Source: Candidatus Hydrogenedentota bacterium
Lineage (GTDB): Bacteria; Hydrogenedentota; Hydrogenedentia; Hydrogenedentales; JAEUWI01
Direction: 5' to 3'
Assembly (NCBI GenBank): GCA_030432675.1
Contig: JAUIMA010000001.1
Span: 1-53,100, forward strand
DNA: 53,100 bases
Position numbers and translations under genes: made by a program
The notes under the pieces: model-generated
Database searches by the model: none
Told to the model about the DNA's origin: nothing
Seen by the model: only the letters and a program-made list of their open reading frames with translations
Shown: positions 49,005-53,100 of the stretch, piece by piece
Numbering within the stretch: position 1 is the first letter of the stretch
Layout of the letters: each line of letters starts with the position of its first letter

Positions 49005-50732
49005 TCAGGACCCCGATTGTGCCGTCTTAACCGAAGCAGAACCGCCCAGAGTCACGGTACGCTCACCAACAACCGTACCGTTTTCGTCATACTCCACCAC
49101 ATTCCAGTTGCGGGGCGCGCGGGCATTATCGTCCATGGGCTGACCCTGGACCCGCTCGCGGGTAATCATGCCGGAAATGTCTTCGCGAAGCCGCTTGCTC
49201 AGCCGACCATGAAATTCGATGGGCCCGGGCCAGAGGCTGGCCGCCGTCGCGAGATCATCCGAAATATCAGCCGAGTTACCCATCCGGCACTGGAGCGGCG
49301 CAGGAATTACCCCGTACATGGCCATACGGGCTACCGAGCCACTCGCATCCAACCAGTCATCCACGTTATCCTGGATTGCACCGGAAGACGCGGGAAATAC
49401 CGGAATGGGTGCCGCCGCCACGCGCAGCGCCTTGTAGGCAGCGTTCTGTGCTTCGGCGCGGGTTAGTTTCAACTTCGCCAGGGCGGTTTCAGGAATCATC
49501 GACTTTTCTACCACGATGAAGGCAGCCCCCCAGTCGCTCAAGGTTTTTACCTTGGCCGCCAGGGCTGCCGAAGCACCCGGGTCCAGGGGATTGATCCAGG
49601 ATTGGCCATCGGAACTCTCGGTCGTCCAGGCGTTCCCGCCCTCTTTGGCCACGAGCGGGTCAATCGACACGCCCACGTTTAAATCGGCGGATATCAGGGA
49701 ACCGATCGCCGACTTCATATTTTTTGGAAAACGCCCTGCCGCACCACTCATGGAGCCGGGCCGCCCTTCCCATCCACGGCTCAAGAGCACATGGTCGATA
49801 CCTGCCTGCTTCCAGCTCGTGCTGGCAGCCACATATTCATCCAGACCTTGGGTATCATCCAACGTATACCAGCCGCGGGCCAGGAAATTCCGTTCTGGCG
49901 ATTCCACAAACATGCTGTAGGCCCAACAGTAATACAGGTCTACCCGATGGGGTTCGGGCACGCCGTGGGACATCCAAAGGGGGTCGGCCAGAAGTTTCTC
50001 TCCCGGAGCCAACACCTTCGCCGGACCATACTTGCACACAAGTTCGCCGTGCCACTCCCCGTCCCGCTCGGTAAATCCAATAGAAGACTCGGCCAGGCCG
50101 CCTGGAAGTAGCCCCACCCCAAAGCAAATAGGTTTAGTGGGATCATGGATCACCGCCATGGTCGCCTGTTCCTGCCCTACGACCACAGGCTGCCCACCTA
50201 CATCCTGCAGGCTGCGGTAGCGAACCCGCGTCTGGGGACTGAGCTGCTGCATGACCGAGGTCTTAGCCACGACCGGGTAGATTCGCTCGATGGCCACATC
50301 GCTCGTGCCCACATTTTCGACCAGAATTTCGACAAAAACGAAGGGGCGGGATTTAAACGTGCGCATGACATGCGAGACTTTCAACCCGTTCTTCGGCTCA
50401 AAGGTCACGGAATAGGTGGTGCCATCACCCAATACGTGGGTAAAGGCATCCCGGCTGGGTTTTCCTTCACCGAGATTCAGTCCGTTGAGCTCCGTACCGT
50501 CCGCGAGCACCACCGAGAAGCCCATGCTGTCGGCCAACACGGTCTCATCTTTCAGCAGCACACGCCACTCGGCATTGTCCTCCGCGTAGATCAACACCCC
50601 TTCCTCGATCGGGATGCGATAGTGATTGCGCAAATCCCAAGGCAGACTGGGATCCGCAATCGCCTTCCCGGACAGCAGACCCACCAGGATGAGAAAAAGA
50701 ATGGTCATGAATCGAGACCCATAGGTCGTCAT
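49005..50732 (-). CDS. Secreted protein resembling clan GH-D (GH36/GH27) glycoside hydrolases, with degenerate active site
   Basis: Signal peptide; beta-rich N-terminus, then GW, LLSRGW, RFPKNMK, GVSIDP, WGAAFIVVE pattern. Confidence 0.55.
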   Translation of the reverse strand: MTTYGSRFMTILFLILVGLLSGKAIADPSLPWDLRNHYRIPIEEGVLIYAEDNAEWRVLLKDETVLADSMGFSVVLADGTELNGLNLGEGKPSRDAFTHVLGDGTTYSVTFEPKNGLKVSHVMRTFKSRPFVFVEILVENVGTSDVAIERIYPVVAKTSVMQQLSPQTRVRYRSLQDVGGQPVVVGQEQATMAVIHDPTKPICFGVGLLPGGLAESSIGFTERDGEWHGELVCKYGPAKVLAPGEKLLADPLWMSHGVPEPHRVDLYYCWAYSMFVESPERNFLARGWYTLDDTQGLDEYVAASTSWKQAGIDHVLLSRGWEGRPGSMSGAAGRFPKNMKSAIGSLISADLNVGVSIDPLVAKEGGNAWTTESSDGQSWINPLDPGASAALAAKVKTLSDWGAAFIVVEKSMIPETALAKLKLTRAEAQNAAYKALRVAAAPIPVFPASSGAIQDNVDDWLDASGSVARMAMYGVIPAPLQCRMGNSADISDDLATAASLWPGPIEFHGRLSKRLREDISGMITRERVQGQPMDDNARAPRNWNVVEYDENGTVVGERTVTLGGSASVKTAQSGS

Positions 50733-50998
50733 TGCTCGTTGCTCCGCCGAAAACGAAAACGCTGTGTGTTCCGTTCGATTGGTTGTATCCGTATCGCTAC
50801 ACTTAGTGGCATGAAAATCCGCCTATACACGATCTAGAGTATACCCCATCCTGCCGGGACGCTGGTACTGGGCACCACTGAACGTAGTATAGCTGGAATC
50901 GGACACCAAGAGCCGCCACGTATCTTTTTTTGATGGTGCTATCTATTTTTTTGGTTCACTGGTATTATCGACGTGGTGCAATCTGCGTTGGGGAGTAT

Positions 50999-52228
50999 AT
51001 GGGTAGAGAAGATGACAGAATCAAAGTTCTCATTGCCGAAGACGTACCGTCGCTACGCCTCGTGATCGTACGCCTATTAACGGAGTGGGGATTTGAAGCC
51101 ATACCCTGTGGTGATGGCCTGGCAGCACAAGAAGCCTTGGCCAAACCCAATGGGCCACGTATTGCCATTCTTGATTGGGTAATGCCCCACAAAAGTGGTC
51201 CGGAGGTCTGTGAGTGGATTACCAATGAGCTCAATACCTTCGTCTATACAATCATTCTCACCGGGAAGACGAAACAGGATGATTTGTTTGCCGGCCTGAC
51301 TGCCGGAGCTCACGCCTACATTACCAAGCCTGCCGACCCGGAGGAGCTTCATGCACGGTTGAAGGTGGGACTTCGTTTTGTCAATTACGAAGCAGAATTG
51401 GCCCAAAAGAATGAAGAGCTCCAACGTTACGCCACCCAAATGGAATTACTGGCAGAAGAACGGGCAAAGCAATTGGTCCATGCCGACCGGATGGTGACCC
51501 TGGGCACCATGAGTGCCGGAATCGCCCACGAGATCAATAATTCCACCGCCCTGCTTTCCGGCAACGTGCAGACTTTGCAAAAATTCTGGCCGGTGATGGA
51601 AAAGGCAATGAGAGAAGCGGCGCAACCCAACGAAGAGAACTTCCAGCTGAATTTCATTTTGGAGGAAGTCCCAAATGTCCTTACGGGTATGCGAAGTGGC
51701 ATTGTACGCATTTCAAAAATAGTGAAGAGTTTGAAGACCTACGCCCATCGCGGCGCAACGAACGAACAAGAAGCAACTCAAATCAACGATTGCATCCATT
51801 CTGCCCTGGATTTGTGTGAAAACGCGTTGAAACGAACCACGAGCATCGAGTTGCATCTGGCGGAGGATTTGCCAGCCGTTCTCGCAGCACCCCAGCAAAT
51901 TGAGCAGGTTTTCGTGAACATGATCGTCAACGCCTGCGATTCGATTCGGCCCACTGGGCCCGGTGTGATTACGATCACCACCACACAACGTAGCGGCGAC
52001 GTCATTATCTGTTTTGAAGATACCGGCGAAGGGATTCCGCCTGATGTTCTGGAGAAAATATGGGACCCCTTTTACACGACGAAAGGCATTGGCAAAGGCA
52101 CGGGGCTCGGATTGTCTATTAGCTTGGGTATCCTTGAGAGTCACGGAGGTACCTATCATGCAGAAAACAGGAGTCAAGGGGGTGCCCGTTTTAACTTGAC
52201 ACTCCCCGCCATGGAGACAGACACTTAA
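50999..52228 (+). CDS. Hybrid histidine kinase (REC, HisKA, HATPase)
   Basis: VLIAED...ILDWVMP...KP receiver; GIAHEINN H-box, QVFVNMIVNA, DTGEGI, PFYTTK, GTGLGL; GGGGAG RBS. Confidence 0.93.
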   Translation: MGREDDRIKVLIAEDVPSLRLVIVRLLTEWGFEAIPCGDGLAAQEALAKPNGPRIAILDWVMPHKSGPEVCEWITNELNTFVYTIILTGKTKQDDLFAGLTAGAHAYITKPADPEELHARLKVGLRFVNYEAELAQKNEELQRYATQMELLAEERAKQLVHADRMVTLGTMSAGIAHEINNSTALLSGNVQTLQKFWPVMEKAMREAAQPNEENFQLNFILEEVPNVLTGMRSGIVRISKIVKSLKTYAHRGATNEQEATQINDCIHSALDLCENALKRTTSIELHLAEDLPAVLAAPQQIEQVFVNMIVNACDSIRPTGPGVITITTTQRSGDVIICFEDTGEGIPPDVLEKIWDPFYTTKGIGKGTGLGLSISLGILESHGGTYHAENRSQGGARFNLTLPAMETDT

Positions 52229-52305
52229 ATTGTGGCTGCGCCAAATTTGGCCGGTAGTTGGGGCCTGCGCCAGCGAGACACTCATAGATAGCGAGGACCG
52301 CAGAG

Positions 52306-52728
52306 ATGAAAGTCAGGCTATTGGTCGTGGACGACGAATTGGGTATTCAGGAAATGATACAACGCCATTTCCGGTTTCTCGGATTTGAAGTCGATTGTGC
52401 AAACAATGGGGAGCAAGCGTTGGGCATCATGGCGAAAGCTCGCTATGACATCGTCATTTCCGACATTATGATGCCCGTCATGGACGGCCCCGAAATGTTG
52501 CGGGTAATTCGACGTCTGTATCCCATGACACATGTTATAATGATGACGGGCTATGTCACCATGGACAATGCCTTGACGTGTATGAGACTTGGGGCAGACA
52601 CGCTGGTTTTCAAGCCCCTGGAAGATATGGGTACGCTGGAAAAAGCCGTGGCCGATGCCGTTGAACACATTCAACACTGGCTGGGATTGCTTAAAGAACT
52701 ACAATCCATGAAACCACCGACCATATAG
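52306..52728 (+). CDS. Single-domain response regulator
   Basis: LLVVDDE, ISDIMMP, MTGY, KP; GAGG RBS. Confidence 0.92.
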   Translation: MKVRLLVVDDELGIQEMIQRHFRFLGFEVDCANNGEQALGIMAKARYDIVISDIMMPVMDGPEMLRVIRRLYPMTHVIMMTGYVTMDNALTCMRLGADTLVFKPLEDMGTLEKAVADAVEHIQHWLGLLKELQSMKPPTI

Positions 52729-52739
52729 GGATTCTCCCG

Positions 52740-53057
52740 TTGGATACTAATCTCGACGTAGATGATGCGCTCCGAACGGAGTTTATCGACGAATCTCTGG
52801 AGATGCTATCAGGGCTGGAAAGCCTTTTTATCTCCCTCGAACAGGAACCCGACAACCTGGACGTGGTACAAGCCATTTTCCGGCCCATCCATTCGATTAA
52901 GGGCAACTCTTCGTTTTTCGATTTTCCCTCGGTGAAGACGCTATCTCACGAAATGGAGACTATTCTCGATCTTGTTAGAAAAAAGAATCTGGGCGTCTCT
53001 CCCGAACTGATCGGCGCCGAACTGGCAGGTGTTGATCTACTGAAAGAAATGCTATAG
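52740..53057 (+). CDS. Hpt (CheA P1-like) domain protein, possibly a truncated cheA-like gene
   Basis: EFIDESLEML...IFRPIHSIKGNSSF...HEMETILD; ends in TAG with the frame staying open to the window edge. Confidence 0.75.
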   Translation: MDTNLDVDDALRTEFIDESLEMLSGLESLFISLEQEPDNLDVVQAIFRPIHSIKGNSSFFDFPSVKTLSHEMETILDLVRKKNLGVSPELIGAELAGVDLLKEML

Positions 53058-53100
53058 CGGGGTCGGGCGGGAAGCCCCGAAGTCCGTGATCAGGAAATCT

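Overview
GC-rich bacterial chromosomal window from a diderm organism. The gene style (Hanks kinase-WD40, TPR-membrane paralogues, GspG-tail protein) suggests a Hydrogenedentota/PVC-like lineage, but this is inference only. Housekeeping blocks: pyrR-pyrB-pyrC with an attenuator-like leader, aceE-aceF-lpdA, a fused 5-oxoprolinase, ubiB-like/ispE, and a two-component/Hpt cluster at the right edge. Top candidate for an undescribed system (28.3-37.0 kb): a tightly packed minus-strand operon of ExeA-type AAA ATPase, bitopic TPR protein, an OPX(Wza Poly_export)-secretin fusion, Wzc tyrosine kinase and a Wzy/O-antigen-ligase-like protein. It looks like a polysaccharide export machine whose outer-membrane pore is a T2SS/T4P-type secretin, and it converges on a PilT/PilU ATPase with an N-terminal extension. 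Second hotspot (16.6-25 kb): an HNH nuclease cassette and two four-helix-bundle genes embedded in nested 7-mer and 9-mer tandem arrays and several REP-like palindromes, including an apparently empty 9-mer cassette. Also a tandem dynamin-like GTPase pair, a probable catalytically degenerate GH36-like protein, and an Hpt ORF ending in an in-frame amber codon. No rRNA, tRNA, CRISPR array or transposase was recognised. All domain calls are by eye from motifs; no searches were run.
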